Source of the DNA: Buchnera aphidicola (Therioaphis trifolii)
GTDB lineage: Bacteria > Pseudomonadota > Gammaproteobacteria > Enterobacterales > Enterobacteriaceae
Assembly: GCF_005080705.1 (NCBI RefSeq)
Contig: NZ_CP032996.1
Location: 330,001 to 362,000, forward strand
DNA length: 32,000 nucleotides
Reading direction: 5' to 3'
The notes below the pieces were generated by a model. That model was not told the DNA's origin. It saw nothing but the letters and a program-made list of their open reading frames with translations, and ran no database searches. The position numbers and the translations under genes are program-made. Positions 17,946 through 30,783 of this stretch are shown piece by piece (the first letter of the stretch is position 1; each line of letters starts with the position of its first letter).

Positions 17946-18064
17946 ATCCTGGTAATTTCCTACTCTTGCACAAGGAAACCTTGTACTACCATCGGCGTTG
18001 TAATATTTCACTTCTGAGTTCGATATGGATTCAGGTGTTACCATTACGCTATATTTACCAGGAT
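17946..18064 (-). rRNA. rrf: 5S ribosomal RNA
   Basis: The reverse complement is ATCCTGGTAAATATAGCGTAATGGTAACACCTGAATCCATATCGAACTCAGAAGTGAAATATTACAACGCCGATGGTAGTACAAGG..GCAAGAGTAGGAAATTACCAGGAT. It aligns along its whole length with E. coli 5S (CCGAACTCAGAAGTGAAAC, GCCGATGGTAGTGTGGGG, GAGAGTAGGGAACTGCCAGGCAT). A U7 run follows 3 nt after the 3' end. Confidence 0.93.
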
Positions 18065-18101
18065 ATAAATATAAAATTAATAAAAAACAACTATAGCTTG
18101 A

Positions 18102-21008
<2,907 letters not shown>

Positions 21009-21160
21009 AACAATCTATAATTGTTTTTTATTAATTTTATATTTTTAAAGAGCATTTTATATTTTATATATTTTTAAATTACAAAATATAAAATTTATAA
21101 ATCATTAAATATATAATAACATAAAACTATATTTTTTCATAGATATTTTTTATTTTATTT

Positions 21161-21233
21161 TGTCCCCTAGGGGATTTGAACCCCTGTTGCCGCCGTGAAA
21201 GGGCGATGTCCTAGACCTCTAGACGAAAGGGAC
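21161..21233 (-). tRNA. gltT-like: tRNA-Glu (anticodon UUC)
   Basis: The reverse complement is GTCCCTTTCGTCTAGAGGTCTAGGACATCGCCCTTTCACGGCGGCAACAGGGGTTCAAATCCCCTAGGGGACA. It is near-identical to recalled E. coli tRNA-Glu. The anticodon loop is CTTTCAC. No CCA is encoded. Confidence 0.95.
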
Positions 21234-21285
21234 TAAAAATAATATATAAATATATTATTAAAATATCATTATATAAATATAAAAT

Positions 21286-21314
21286 ATTATTACAAAACAT
21301 TTAAAGATAGTCAA
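21286..21314 (-). promoter_or_regulatory. candidate sigma70 promoter for the tRNA-Glu-23S-5S unit
   Basis: The minus strand reads TTGACT (21314..21309), a 17-nt spacer, then TGT-AATAAT (extended -10, 21294..21286). An A/T-rich UP-like tract precedes it. It lies 11 nt after the aroE stop and ~50 nt before tRNA-Glu. A -10-like hexamer is cheap in this composition, but TTGAC is rarer. Confidence 0.35.
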
Positions 21315-21324
21315 TATATTTTTT

Positions 21325-22191
21325 TTATTTAATATTATTTAAATTATTAATAAAATATTCTTTATTTTTATTTAAAATTTTAATTATTAACTCAATATTT
21401 GGGAAAAGATTACTCCATAAATAAAATGAATATGCTGCTTGACTAACTAACATTCCAATTCCATCAGAATAATATATTGCTCCTTGATTTGTACACCATT
21501 TTAAAAATTCAGTTAAATTATTTTCATAATATAAATCATAAAACATTGTACGTTCAGGATAAAAAATAATATTAGAAATAAAAAAATCAGATTTTTTATA
21601 TATTCCAAAAGATGTTGCATTAATTACTAAATGATAATTTAAAACTTTTAAATCAGAACTTTTAATTGCATTAATATTACCTAAATTTTTAAAATAAGTA
21701 GCTAAATTATATGCGCGACTAAATGTTCGATTGACAATATCTATAGAACAATTTAAAGATAATAAATTTGGTATTATACCTTTAGCAGCACCTCCTGCAC
21801 CAATTAATAAAATTTTTTTTCTAGATTGAATAAAATTTAATCTTCTTAAATCATATAATAATCCTATACCATCTGTATTATCCCCTAAAATTTTATTATT
21901 TGAAATTTTTTTTAAAACATTAACTGAACGAGTAATTTGAGCTCTTCTAGTTACAATATTTGATAATTTATAAGCTTCTTCTTTAAAAGGTGTTGTAATA
22001 TTTGCCCCTTTTCCGTGAATTTTAAAAAAATTTAATACATTTTTTAAAAATAATTTTTTTTCAACACATTTAGTATGATAATTACATTTAAAATTTGTAT
22101 ATTTTTCAAAATAATTATAAATAATTGGTGATTTAGAATGATTTACAGGATTACCAAATAATAAATAATTATATTTTTGAAATATAGTCAT
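21325..22191 (-). CDS. aroE: shikimate dehydrogenase
   Basis: LLFGNPVNHSKSPIIYN, GANITTPFKEEA, LGDNTDGIGL, LLIGAGGAAKG, INATS and DGIGMLVSQAA match AroE. The track ORF extends to 22260. Homology starts at MTIFQKYNYLLFGNP (ATG at 22191), which gives 288 aa versus 272 aa in E. coli. The upstream 23 codons overlap tsaC and look like read-through. Confidence 0.88.
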   Translation of the reverse strand: MTIFQKYNYLLFGNPVNHSKSPIIYNYFEKYTNFKCNYHTKCVEKKLFLKNVLNFFKIHGKGANITTPFKEEAYKLSNIVTRRAQITRSVNVLKKISNNKILGDNTDGIGLLYDLRRLNFIQSRKKILLIGAGGAAKGIIPNLLSLNCSIDIVNRTFSRAYNLATYFKNLGNINAIKSSDLKVLNYHLVINATSFGIYKKSDFFISNIIFYPERTMFYDLYYENNLTEFLKWCTNQGAIYYSDGIGMLVSQAAYSFYLWSNLFPNIELIIKILNKNKEYFINNLNNIK

Positions 22192-22741
22192 TTCGAATAT
22201 ATTCTCCATTAACAATATTAAAAATTTTAGAAGGATATAAAAAATTTCCAATTTTTCCATCTAAAACAGGAAAATCTACACCAAAATAATTTAATACCTC
22301 TTTTTTTGTTTTTGCTGATTTCATTCCAGAAATATTAGCACTAGTTGAAATAATTGGTCTTCCAAAATAAAAACATAATTTGTTTAAAATAGGATGTGAT
22401 GTAACTCTAACTGCTATTAAATCAGAATAACCTGTAATATAATGTGAAATATTTGATTTAACAGGAACTAAAAAAGTAATAAAACCTGGCCAAGATAAAA
22501 ATAATTTTTTTTTTTGAAAATTAGATAATTTATTTTCATTAATATATGGTAATAATTGATCATAATATGAAGCAACTAAAATAAATCCTTTATTTTTTTT
22601 TCTATTTTTTAATTTTAATAAATTTTTAATAGCATTATCATTATTAGGATCACATCCAAGCCCAAATACTGCTTCAGAGGGATATGCAATCACATTACCA
22701 TTATTTAAGATATCAATATATTTTGAAAAATATTTATTCAT
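22169..22741 (-). CDS. tsaC: threonylcarbamoyl-AMP synthase (t6A biosynthesis), YrdC/TsaC
   Basis: 190 aa, the same length as E. coli TsaC. It has VIAYPSEAVFGLGCDPNN, LKNRKKNKGFILVA, WPGFITF, IAVRVTSHP and STSANISG. Confidence 0.9.
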   Translation of the reverse strand: MNKYFSKYIDILNNGNVIAYPSEAVFGLGCDPNNDNAIKNLLKLKNRKKNKGFILVASYYDQLLPYINENKLSNFQKKKLFLSWPGFITFLVPVKSNISHYITGYSDLIAVRVTSHPILNKLCFYFGRPIISTSANISGMKSAKTKKEVLNYFGVDFPVLDGKIGNFLYPSKIFNIVNGEYIRNDYISKI

Positions 22742-22757
22742 TTTTTTTTAAATTTAG

Positions 22758-22771
22758 TATAATAGTATAAT
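22758..22771 (+). promoter_or_regulatory. tandem AGTATAAT -10-like boxes upstream of def (weak promoter candidate)
   Basis: TATAAT occurs at 22758..22763 and again at 22766..22771, within a duplicated AGTATAAT. These lie 24-37 nt upstream of the def ATG, in the 53-bp divergent tsaC/def spacer. No convincing -35 is present, and such hexamers are frequent in this composition. Confidence 0.2.
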
Positions 22772-22794
22772 ATTATTTATAATTATTTATATAT

Positions 22795-23235
22795 ATGGTA
22801 ATACTTAAAATATTAAAATATCCAGATAAAAGATTAAGAAAAATAGCACAGCCAGTAAAAAAAGTTAATAAAAACATTAAAAAAATTATACATAATATGT
22901 TTGAAACAATGTATGAAAATAAAGGAATTGGATTAGCAGCAACTCAAGTTAATATTCATTTAAAAATTATTGTTATTGATATTATGAAAAAAAAATATCA
23001 ACCACTTATATTAATTAATCCTAAAAAAATTAAAGAACAAGGTGTAATAAAAATAGAAGAAAGTTGTTTATCAGTTCCTGAAAAAAAAAAAATTATTACT
23101 AGATCAAAAGAAATTGAAATTTTAGCTCTAAATTATTATGGCGAAAAAATTAAAATAATAGCTAAATCATTATTATCAATTTGTATACAACATGAAATGG
23201 ATCATTTAATTGGAAAATTATTAATTGATTATTAA
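22795..23235 (+). CDS. def: peptide deformylase (C-terminal helix absent)
   Basis: 146 aa. All three catalytic motifs are present: [13 protein letters not shown] (EGCLS) and QHEMDHL. The protein ends 10 residues after HEMDH, at ..GKLLIDY. Confidence 0.93.
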   Translation: MVILKILKYPDKRLRKIAQPVKKVNKNIKKIIHNMFETMYENKGIGLAATQVNIHLKIIVIDIMKKKYQPLILINPKKIKEQGVIKIEESCLSVPEKKKIITRSKEIEILALNYYGEKIKIIAKSLLSICIQHEMDHLIGKLLIDY

Positions 23236-23281
23236 TATAAAAAATATTATATAAATAATAATTAATTAAAAAAAATAAAAT

Positions 23282-24235
23282 ATGGAAAATTATAAAAAAT
23301 CATTAAAAATTATTTTTGCAGGTACACCATATTTTGCAGCTTATCATTTAAAAAAAATAATATCTTCACATCATACTGTATTAGGAGTTCTAACTCAACC
23401 AGATCGACCTAATAAAAGAGGAAATATTATTATACCATCACCAGTAAAAATTATTGCACAAAAAAATAACATTCCTATTTTTCAACCTAAAAATATAAAA
23501 AATAAAAAAAATCATTTAGATTTATTAAGTATAAATGCAGATATTATGATTGTAGTAGCATATGGATTATTATTGCCAAAATTTATTTTAAATAAATTTT
23601 CTATGGGTTGTATTAATATACATGCTTCTTTATTACCTAGATGGAGAGGCGCTGCTCCTATTCAATATGCTATATTGAATGGGGATAAAAAAACAGGAAT
23701 TAGTATTATTCAAATGGAGGAAAAATTAGATTCTGGAAATATACTATACCAAAAATCTTGTAAAATTTCTAAAAAAGAAACAACAATTAGTTTAACAAAA
23801 AAATTATATAAAATTGGTTCAAAAAGTATATTAAAAATTTTAAAAAAAATTATAGAAAAAAAAATAATACAAAAGAAACAAAATGAAAAAAAAATAACAT
23901 ATGCAAAAAAAATAAGTAAAATAATGGGAAAAATTAATTTTAATATTAATGCAAAAAAAATTGAAAGAATGATTAGAGCATTTAATCCATGGCCAGGAAC
24001 ATATATTATAATTAAAAATTATAGGATTAAAATACATGCTGCAAAAATTTTAAAAAATAATAAAAAATATCATATTGGTGAAATTATTAAAATTAATAAA
24101 TTTGGTATTCAAATTCAAACTAAAAAAGATATTTTAAATATTATCAAAATACAAATACCAGGAAAAAAAATAATTAAAATATGTGAATTTATTAAAAATA
24201 AAAATCACATATTTAATATTCATCAAATTATTTAA
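23282..24235 (+). CDS. fmt: methionyl-tRNA formyltransferase
   Basis: 317 aa. It has IIFAGTPYFAA, VLTQPDRP, NIHASLLPRWRGAAPIQYAI and FNPWPG. Confidence 0.93.
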   Translation: MENYKKSLKIIFAGTPYFAAYHLKKIISSHHTVLGVLTQPDRPNKRGNIIIPSPVKIIAQKNNIPIFQPKNIKNKKNHLDLLSINADIMIVVAYGLLLPKFILNKFSMGCINIHASLLPRWRGAAPIQYAILNGDKKTGISIIQMEEKLDSGNILYQKSCKISKKETTISLTKKLYKIGSKSILKILKKIIEKKIIQKKQNEKKITYAKKISKIMGKINFNINAKKIERMIRAFNPWPGTYIIIKNYRIKIHAAKILKNNKKYHIGEIIKINKFGIQIQTKKDILNIIKIQIPGKKIIKICEFIKNKNHIFNIHQII

Positions 24236-24251
24236 ATAAAAATAAATATAA

Positions 24252-24271
24252 AACGGCAAAAATATGCCGTT
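24252..24271. terminator. bidirectional intrinsic terminator hairpin between convergent fmt and rplQ
   Basis: AACGGCA (24252..24258) pairs with TGCCGTT (24265..24271): a 7-bp stem with a 6-nt loop. On the minus-strand transcript (the rplQ side) it is followed by UUAUAUUUAUUUUAUUU. It lies 17 nt after the fmt stop and 19 nt after the rplQ stop. Confidence 0.55.
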
Positions 24272-24289
24272 ATATATAAAAATAAAATA

Positions 24290-24664
24290 TTATTTATAAT
24301 TTATTTGATCACGATCAACAAATTTTATATATGCAATATTTGCTTTATCTCCAGATCGAAATCCAAATTTAAAAATTTGTGTATAACCTCCTGAACGATT
24401 TAAAAAATGAGGTCCAATATCATTAAATAATTTTGATACACTTATATTATTTCTAATTTTTGAAAAAATAAATCGTCTATTTTTAACAGAATCAACTTTA
24501 GCAATCGTAATTAACGGTTCAATAATAGTACGTAATTCTTTTGCTTTAGGTAAAGTTGTTTTAATAATTTCATATTTTAATAATGAACATATCATATTAT
24601 TAAACATAGATTTATAATGACTAGAAGTACGATTTAAATATCTACCTTTATTTCTATGTCTCAT
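24290..24664 (-). CDS. rplQ: 50S ribosomal protein L17
   Basis: [24 protein letters not shown].. matches E. coli L17 ([24 protein letters not shown]). It is the last gene of the alpha operon. Confidence 0.96.
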   Translation of the reverse strand: MRHRNKGRYLNRTSSHYKSMFNNMICSLLKYEIIKTTLPKAKELRTIIEPLITIAKVDSVKNRRFIFSKIRNNISVSKLFNDIGPHFLNRSGGYTQIFKFGFRSGDKANIAYIKFVDRDQINYK

Positions 24665-24699
24665 GTTTTTCCTTAAAAAATATAATTAAAATATTTATC

Positions 24700-25689
24700 T
24701 TATATATTTTTTGGTGGCCAATTTTTTATATACATACCAAGAGATAAACCTCTTAATGATAAAATATCTTTAATTTCCATTAAAGATTTCTTTCCAAGAT
24801 TTGGCATTTTTAATAATTCTACTTCAGTTTTTTGTACTAAATCACCAATATAATTAATCATTTCTGTTTTTAAACAATTAGCAGAACGTACTGTTAATTC
24901 TAAATCATCAACTGATTTTAATAAAATAGGATCAAAATCTGGTTTTGTTTTTTTTACTTCTATTACTGGTTTTTTAGTCAAATAATTTAAATCAACAAAA
25001 GTTGATAATTGTTCTGATAAAATAGTTGCTGCTCTTCTAATAGCTTCTTCAGGATCAATTGTTCCATTAGTTTCTATTTCAATAATTAACTTATCTAAAT
25101 CAGTTTTTTGCTGTAATCTAGCAGGTTCTACCATATATGAAATTCGTTCTATTGGACTATAACATGTATCTAATGATATACAACCAACATTTTTATTAAT
25201 ATCATGTGATGCAATTCTAGAAGCAGCTGTAACATAACCAATACCTTTTTCAACTTTCATTAACATATCAATTGATGCTACTTGATCAGTTAAATTACAA
25301 ATAATATGTTCTGGATTAATAATAACAACACTATTATCATAAATGATATCAGACGCTTTTACAGGACCAATACCAGATTTTTGTAATTTTAACATTACTT
25401 GATCTTTACCATATAATTTAATTGCTAATTCTTTTAAATTTAATAATATAGTTAAAATATCTTCTTTAATACCTGTCTTAGCACTATATTCATGTAAAAT
25501 TCCTTTAATCTGAACTTCAGTAACAGCATATCCTGGTATTGAAGAAAGTAAAACTCTACGTAATGCATTACCAATAGTATGACCAAACCCTCTTTCTAAA
25601 GGTTCTAAAATTACCCTAAAATAAGTCGAATTGATTTGTTCAATATCTACTATACTTGGTTTTAATAAACCCCTCAACATATATTGCAT
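24700..25689 (-). CDS. rpoA: DNA-directed RNA polymerase subunit alpha
   Basis: 329 aa, the same as E. coli. It has [33 protein letters not shown], and the C-terminal domain [14 protein letters not shown]. Confidence 0.97.
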   Translation of the reverse strand: MQYMLRGLLKPSIVDIEQINSTYFRVILEPLERGFGHTIGNALRRVLLSSIPGYAVTEVQIKGILHEYSAKTGIKEDILTILLNLKELAIKLYGKDQVMLKLQKSGIGPVKASDIIYDNSVVIINPEHIICNLTDQVASIDMLMKVEKGIGYVTAASRIASHDINKNVGCISLDTCYSPIERISYMVEPARLQQKTDLDKLIIEIETNGTIDPEEAIRRAATILSEQLSTFVDLNYLTKKPVIEVKKTKPDFDPILLKSVDDLELTVRSANCLKTEMINYIGDLVQKTEVELLKMPNLGKKSLMEIKDILSLRGLSLGMYIKNWPPKNI

Positions 25690-25717
25690 ATTACTCTCCC
25701 AATCATTTATTTAAAAT

Positions 25718-26338
25718 TTATTTTGAATAAAGTTCAATAATTAGGTGCTCATTAATATCTGGTGCTAAATCAGAACGATCAGGAATCCTAATAAATCTAC
25801 CTTCCATTTTTACTTTATTTAAATCTAACCAAATAGGTTTTTCTCGTTGTTCTGATAATTCTAAAGATGATTTTATTCGTTTTTGATTTTTAAATTTATC
25901 TCTAATTTGAATATAATCGTTAGGAAATAATTGATATGAAGCAATATTAACTACTTTATTATTTACCATAATCATTTTATGATTAACTAATTGTCTAGAT
26001 TCAGCACGTGTTGTTGCAAAACCTAATCGATATACTATATTATCTAATCTACTTTCTAATAATATTAATAAATTTTCTCCAGTATTTCCTTTTAATCGAG
26101 CGGCGCTTTTATAATAATTACGAAATTGACGCTCTAAAATACCATACAAACGACGTACTTTTTGTTTTTCTCTTAATTGTATTCCATATTCAGATAATCT
26201 TGATCTTCTTGATCCTTGTTGACCAGGTAATTGATTAATTTTACATTTTGAATCAAGAGAACGATATCCTGATTTTAAAAATAAATCAGTATTTTCTCTA
26301 CGACTTAATTTTAATTTAGGTCCTAAATATTTTGCCAT
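25718..26338 (-). CDS. rpsD: 30S ribosomal protein S4
   Basis: [24 protein letters not shown].. is near-identical to the E. coli S4 N-terminus. Length is 206 aa. Confidence 0.97.
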   Translation of the reverse strand: MAKYLGPKLKLSRRENTDLFLKSGYRSLDSKCKINQLPGQQGSRRSRLSEYGIQLREKQKVRRLYGILERQFRNYYKSAARLKGNTGENLLILLESRLDNIVYRLGFATTRAESRQLVNHKMIMVNNKVVNIASYQLFPNDYIQIRDKFKNQKRIKSSLELSEQREKPIWLDLNKVKMEGRFIRIPDRSDLAPDINEHLIIELYSK

Positions 26339-26362
26339 TTTAATATCTCAAAATTTTAAAAT

Positions 26363-26752
26363 TTATACACGACGTTTTTTTGGTGGACGACAACCATTAT
26401 GAGGAATTGGAGTGATATCAGTAATATTAGTAATTTTAAATCCTGAAGCATTTAAAGCTCGAATAGTAGATTCTCTTCCCGGACCTGGTCCTTTTACCAT
26501 AACTTCTAAATTTTTTATTCCATAATCTTTAATTAATTCCACGCATCTTTCAACAGCAACTTGAGCTGCAAATGGAGTAGATTTACGAGAACCTCTAAAT
26601 CCAGAACCTCCTGAAGTAGCCCATCCTAAAACATTACCTTGACGATCAGTAATTGTAACTATTGTATTATTAAAAGATGCATGTATATATGCAATTCCAT
26701 CTAAAATTTTTTTTTTAATTTTTTTTTTTGTTCTAGTTACAGATTTTACCAT
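26363..26752 (-). CDS. rpsK: 30S ribosomal protein S11
   Basis: It has [32 protein letters not shown] and [13 protein letters not shown]. Confidence 0.97.
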   Translation of the reverse strand: MVKSVTRTKKKIKKKILDGIAYIHASFNNTIVTITDRQGNVLGWATSGGSGFRGSRKSTPFAAQVAVERCVELIKDYGIKNLEVMVKGPGPGRESTIRALNASGFKITNITDITPIPHNGCRPPKKRRV

Positions 26753-26770
26753 ATTATAAACTCTCTAAAA

Positions 26771-27127
26771 TTATTTTTTTATTGGTTTACGAGGACCTTT
26801 TCTAGTACGAGCATTTGTTTTTGTTCTTTGACCTCGTACAGGTAATCCTCTACGATGACGAAAACCTCTATAACATCCAAGATCTATTAATCTTTTAATA
26901 TTTAATGTTTTTTCTCTTCTTAAATCTCCTTCTAAAACCAATTTAGATATTGAATGACGTAATAAATTTAATTGCTTTTCAGTTAAATCTTTAATTTTTG
27001 TAATTTTAGATATATTACAATATGTACAAATATTTTTAGAACGAGTTTTACCTATACCATATATTAAACGTAATGCAATAATGGTATGTTTATCATTTGG
27101 AATATTAATTCCTGCAATACGTGCCAT
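26771..27127 (-). CDS. rpsM: 30S ribosomal protein S13
   Basis: It has [18 protein letters not shown] and [23 protein letters not shown] lies upstream of the ATG. Confidence 0.97.
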   Translation of the reverse strand: MARIAGINIPNDKHTIIALRLIYGIGKTRSKNICTYCNISKITKIKDLTEKQLNLLRHSISKLVLEGDLRREKTLNIKRLIDLGCYRGFRHRRGLPVRGQRTKTNARTRKGPRKPIKK

Positions 27128-27162
27128 TATATTCCTCTATAATTATATTAATAATTAATATT

Positions 27163-27191
27163 ATTATAAATAAACAATATTATAAAGTAAA
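27163..27191 (-). promoter_or_regulatory. candidate alpha-operon promoter
   Basis: The minus strand reads TTTACT (27191..27186), a 17-nt spacer, then a perfect TATAAT (27168..27163). It sits in the rpmJ-rpsM spacer, where the E. coli alpha-operon promoter lies. Chance matches are likely in this composition. Confidence 0.25.
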
Positions 27192-27204
27192 TTTTTAAAA
27201 AAAA

Positions 27205-27321
27205 TTATCCTTGACGCTGTTTATGTTTTGGATAACTAGTACATAATACTCGAATAACATTTCTTCGTTTAATAATTTTACAATTTCGACATATTTTTTT
27301 TACTGATGTTCGTACTTTCAT
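27205..27321 (-). CDS. rpmJ: 50S ribosomal protein L36
   Basis: Below the ORF-track size cutoff. My translation is [38 protein letters not shown], 38 aa. Recalled E. coli L36 is [38 protein letters not shown]. The zinc-ribbon Cys/His residues are conserved. Confidence 0.92.
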   Translation of the reverse strand: MKVRTSVKKICRNCKIIKRRNVIRVLCTSYPKHKQRQG

Positions 27322-27366
27322 AATAATACCATATTTATATTTATAAAAATATTTTATTTTATTATT

Positions 27367-28704
27367 TTATATAAAAAAATTATTTATTCCTAAATTTGAT
27401 TTTTTTAAAATAGAATTATATTTATTTGATATCATCAATGTTTGAAATTGAGATATAAAATCAATAATTACAACAACAATAATTAATAATGAAGTACCTC
27501 CAATATAAAATGGAACATATATAATAATTCTAAAAAATTCTGATATTAAAAAAATAAAAATAATATATAAAGAATTTATAAAAATTAATTTATTAATAAT
27601 ATCATTAATATATTTTGCTGTTTTTATTCCAGGTCGAATTCCTGGAATAAATACACCAGATTTTTTTAAATTTTTTGAAATATCTACTGCATTACATATT
27701 AAATTAGAATAAAAAAAACAAAAAATAGTAATTAATATAGAATAAATTATTATATAACATATTTTACCAGGTTGTATATAATTTTTTATAATAGATAAAA
27801 TAGTAAAATGAAAATTCATTTCTAACCATGAACATATTGTAGATAAAAGAATAATAATACTTGATGAAAAAATTACTGGTAATATACCTGACATATTAAT
27901 TTTTAATGGTAAATGCGTATGTTGCATTATATACATTTTATGTAAATTACGTTGTTTAGAATGATATAAAATAATTTTTCGATAACTTTGTTCAATAAAA
28001 ACAATAAAAAAAACTATTAAAAAAATTAAAATAAAAATAAAAAATAAAAATAATATTGATATATTACCATAATACATTTGATGAAATATATTTATTATAT
28101 TTAAAGGTATCTTAGATATAATACCAATAAACATAATAATAGAAATACCATTTCCAATACCACATTCAGTAATTAATTCACCTAACCACATTAATAACAT
28201 TGTACCAGTACTTAAACTTAATATTGTACTAAAATAAAAATAAAAATTTGGATTAGGTATCAATATTTGTATACTTAATATTTTTGGTAAAGAAAATGAT
28301 ATTATAGTAGATTGTATAATTGATAAAATTAAAGTAATAAATCTGGTATATTGATAAATCTTTTTTTTTCCAATTTCTCCTTCTTTTTTAATATCTGATA
28401 ATCGTTTGATACTTAATGATAATAATTGCATAATAATAGAAGCAGAAATATAAGGCATAATACCTAATGAAAAAATAGAAGCATGACTTAATGCACCACC
28501 AGAAAACATATTAAATAAATCAATAATTGTATTTTTTTGCAATTTTAAAAAATTTGATAACATAGAAATATTTATACTAGGAATAGGTATAAAAAAACCA
28601 ATTCGAAAAATTATTATTGCAAAAATTACAAAAACAATTCTTTGTTTTAATTCTAACAAAGTTTTACTAAAATTTTTTAATTTATATTGCATGATATTAA
28701 TCAT
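27367..28704 (-). CDS. secY: preprotein translocase subunit SecY
   Basis: 445 aa and multi-pass hydrophobic. [32 protein letters not shown] and GGTSLLI match SecY. The ATG at 28704 overlaps the rplO TGA stop (ATGA). An alternative ATG at 28692 is possible. Confidence 0.93.
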   Translation of the reverse strand: MINIMQYKLKNFSKTLLELKQRIVFVIFAIIIFRIGFFIPIPSINISMLSNFLKLQKNTIIDLFNMFSGGALSHASIFSLGIMPYISASIIMQLLSLSIKRLSDIKKEGEIGKKKIYQYTRFITLILSIIQSTIISFSLPKILSIQILIPNPNFYFYFSTILSLSTGTMLLMWLGELITECGIGNGISIIMFIGIISKIPLNIINIFHQMYYGNISILFLFFIFILIFLIVFFIVFIEQSYRKIILYHSKQRNLHKMYIMQHTHLPLKINMSGILPVIFSSSIIILLSTICSWLEMNFHFTILSIIKNYIQPGKICYIIIYSILITIFCFFYSNLICNAVDISKNLKKSGVFIPGIRPGIKTAKYINDIINKLIFINSLYIIFIFLISEFFRIIIYVPFYIGGTSLLIIVVVIIDFISQFQTLMISNKYNSILKKSNLGINNFFI

Positions 28705-29150
28705 TTTTTTGAAACTATTTCCTCAATTTTTCCACCTAATTTTTTAATAATCGAAAAAACACTTTTTGTTACTTTTAAACCTTTAATATCAATTTTTTTA
28801 TCTAACTTTCCTGTATTAATAATTTTCACATATTTAATATTTTTTTTAATAATATTAAATTTTTTTAATATCTCTATATTAATTATTTTATTAGGTATTT
28901 TATTAATATCTGATAATCTCACTTCCATTTTAAGATTTTTTTTGTAAGAAGAAAATCCAAATTTTGGAATACGTCGATATAAAGGCATTTGACCACCTTC
29001 AAAACCCCTTCTAATACTTGCACCTGTTCTTGATTTTTGACCTTTATGTCCTCTACCACATGTTTTTCCTAAACCACTACCAATTCCACGACCAACTCTT
29101 TTTTTTTTTTTTCTTGAATTTTTTACAAATTTTAAAGTATTTAAATACAA
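28701..29150 (-). CDS. rplO: 50S ribosomal protein L15
   Basis: [35 protein letters not shown] matches E. coli L15. Confidence 0.96.
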   Translation of the reverse strand: MYLNTLKFVKNSRKKKKRVGRGIGSGLGKTCGRGHKGQKSRTGASIRRGFEGGQMPLYRRIPKFGFSSYKKNLKMEVRLSDINKIPNKIINIEILKKFNIIKKNIKYVKIINTGKLDKKIDIKGLKVTKSVFSIIKKLGGKIEEIVSKK

Positions 29151-29154
29151 TTTT

Positions 29155-29337
29155 TTATCCTCTTGTAATTTTAATCATATAAGATACTTTATTAATCATT
29201 CCTCGAATAGATGGAGTATCCTTTCTAATTACAGTATGACCAATCCTCCGTAATCCTAAACCTAATATTGTTGCTTTATGTTTAGGTAAACGACCAATAC
29301 TACTTTTAATTTGCGTAATAAAAATTTTTTTTATCAT
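29155..29337 (-). CDS. rpmD: 50S ribosomal protein L30
   Basis: [41 protein letters not shown] matches E. coli L30. Confidence 0.96.
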   Translation of the reverse strand: MIKKIFITQIKSSIGRLPKHKATILGLGLRRIGHTVIRKDTPSIRGMINKVSYMIKITRG

Positions 29338-29344
29338 TTTTAAA

Positions 29345-29848
29345 TTATCCTAATATTTCATAAATAGTCTTATTTCTTTTAGCAGCAATAGATTCTGGTG
29401 ATTGCATATTTTTTAAACCATTAATTGTTGCCCGAACTACATTAATAGGATTTGTTGAACCATATGTTTTTGCTAATACATTATGTATACCAACAACTTC
29501 TAAAACCGCTCGCATTGCTCCTCCCGCAATAATCCCTGTTCCTTTAGAAGCGGGTTTCATAAAAATTGTAGAACTAGTATGTGAACCTTTTACTGCATGT
29601 TGTAAAGTTCCATTTTTAATAATAACATTAAACATATTACGACGTGCTTGTTCCATTGCTTTTTGTATAGCAGCAGGCACCTCTTTTGCTTTACCATAAC
29701 CAAAACCAACTTTACCTTTATTATTTCCAACTACTGTTAATGCTGTAAATGAAAAAATTCTACCACCTTTAACAGTTTTAGAAACACGATTTACTGTAAT
29801 TAATTTTTCTTTTAAATCAATATTATTTTGTTGTTCATGATAAATCAT
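29345..29848 (-). CDS. rpsE: 30S ribosomal protein S5
   Basis: It has [44 protein letters not shown] and [15 protein letters not shown]. Confidence 0.97.
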   Translation of the reverse strand: MIYHEQQNNIDLKEKLITVNRVSKTVKGGRIFSFTALTVVGNNKGKVGFGYGKAKEVPAAIQKAMEQARRNMFNVIIKNGTLQHAVKGSHTSSTIFMKPASKGTGIIAGGAMRAVLEVVGIHNVLAKTYGSTNPINVVRATINGLKNMQSPESIAAKRNKTIYEILG

Positions 29849-29860
29849 GTTATTATATCC

Positions 29861-30229
29861 TTAAAATTTTAATCCTGCTTTTCTTGCAGATTCTGCTAAA
29901 ATTTGTATTCGACCATGATATTTAAAACCAGAACGATCAAAAGATACAGAACATATACCTTTTTTTAAAGCACGATGAGCTATCATTGTACCAATGATAC
30001 TTGCAGACTTTTTATTTCCAGTATATGAATTAAGTGTTTTTCGAATTTTTTTTTCTACAGTTGAAGCAGATACTAAAACAATAGATTTTTTTGAATCAAA
30101 AATTTGAGCATATATATGACGTGGAGTTCGATGTACTACTAAACGAATAATATTTAAATTTTTAAAACGAATACGATTTTTTAAACTTCTTCGTATACGA
30201 GCATTTTTTTTATTTTTTAATATATTCAT
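29861..30229 (-). CDS. rplR: 50S ribosomal protein L18
   Basis: [22 protein letters not shown] and [19 protein letters not shown] are present. The ATG overlaps the rplF stop by 1 nt (TAATG). Confidence 0.96.
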   Translation of the reverse strand: MNILKNKKNARIRRSLKNRIRFKNLNIIRLVVHRTPRHIYAQIFDSKKSIVLVSASTVEKKIRKTLNSYTGNKKSASIIGTMIAHRALKKGICSVSFDRSGFKYHGRIQILAESARKAGLKF

Positions 30230-30765
30230 TATTTCTTTTTAGCCTCTTTAATACGTATATACTCATTAAAATAACGTATTCCTTTACCTTTATAAACTTC
30301 AGGTTTACGTTTTGATCTCAAATTTGCTGCAACTTGACCTAAAAGTTGTTTATTAATACTTTTTAAAATAATTTCTGTAGAAGAAATAATTGTTGCAAAA
30401 ACATTTATGGGTAAAACATATTTAATAATATGCGAATACCCAAGAGACATATTTAATACATTATTTTTTTCTAAACTAATTCGATAACCCACACCAATTA
30501 ATTGTAATTTTTTTGAAAAACCTATTGTAACTCCTAAAATCATAGAATTAACTAAAGATCTCATAGTACCAGCATGCATCCAACCATTATAATTATTAGA
30601 TTTTGATTTAAAAAACAATTTATTATCATTATAATTAATTTGAACAGAATTATGTATATTTTGTGAAATAGATTGATTATCTTTGATAATAGTAATATTT
30701 TCTTTATTTAAAGAAATATTAATATTATCAGGAACTAAAATAGGTTTTTTTGCAATACGAGACAT
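30229..30765 (-). CDS. rplF: 50S ribosomal protein L6
   Basis: Homology begins at [12 protein letters not shown] (E. coli MSRVAKAPVVVP), the ATG at 30765, with GGAG 9 nt upstream. The track ORF starts 5 codons earlier, at 30780. The C-terminus [18 protein letters not shown] is conserved. Confidence 0.94.
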   Translation of the reverse strand: MSRIAKKPILVPDNINISLNKENITIIKDNQSISQNIHNSVQINYNDNKLFFKSKSNNYNGWMHAGTMRSLVNSMILGVTIGFSKKLQLIGVGYRISLEKNNVLNMSLGYSHIIKYVLPINVFATIISSTEIILKSINKQLLGQVAANLRSKRKPEVYKGKGIRYFNEYIRIKEAKKK

Positions 30766-30783
30766 ATATAAAATCTCCAAAAG

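Noticed and set aside
30766-30780. A five-codon N-terminal extension of rplF (MEILY-) in the track ORF.
   Set aside because: Homology to L6 begins exactly at the second Met (MSRIAKKP). A GGAG ribosome-binding site is correctly spaced for that ATG, not for the upstream one.
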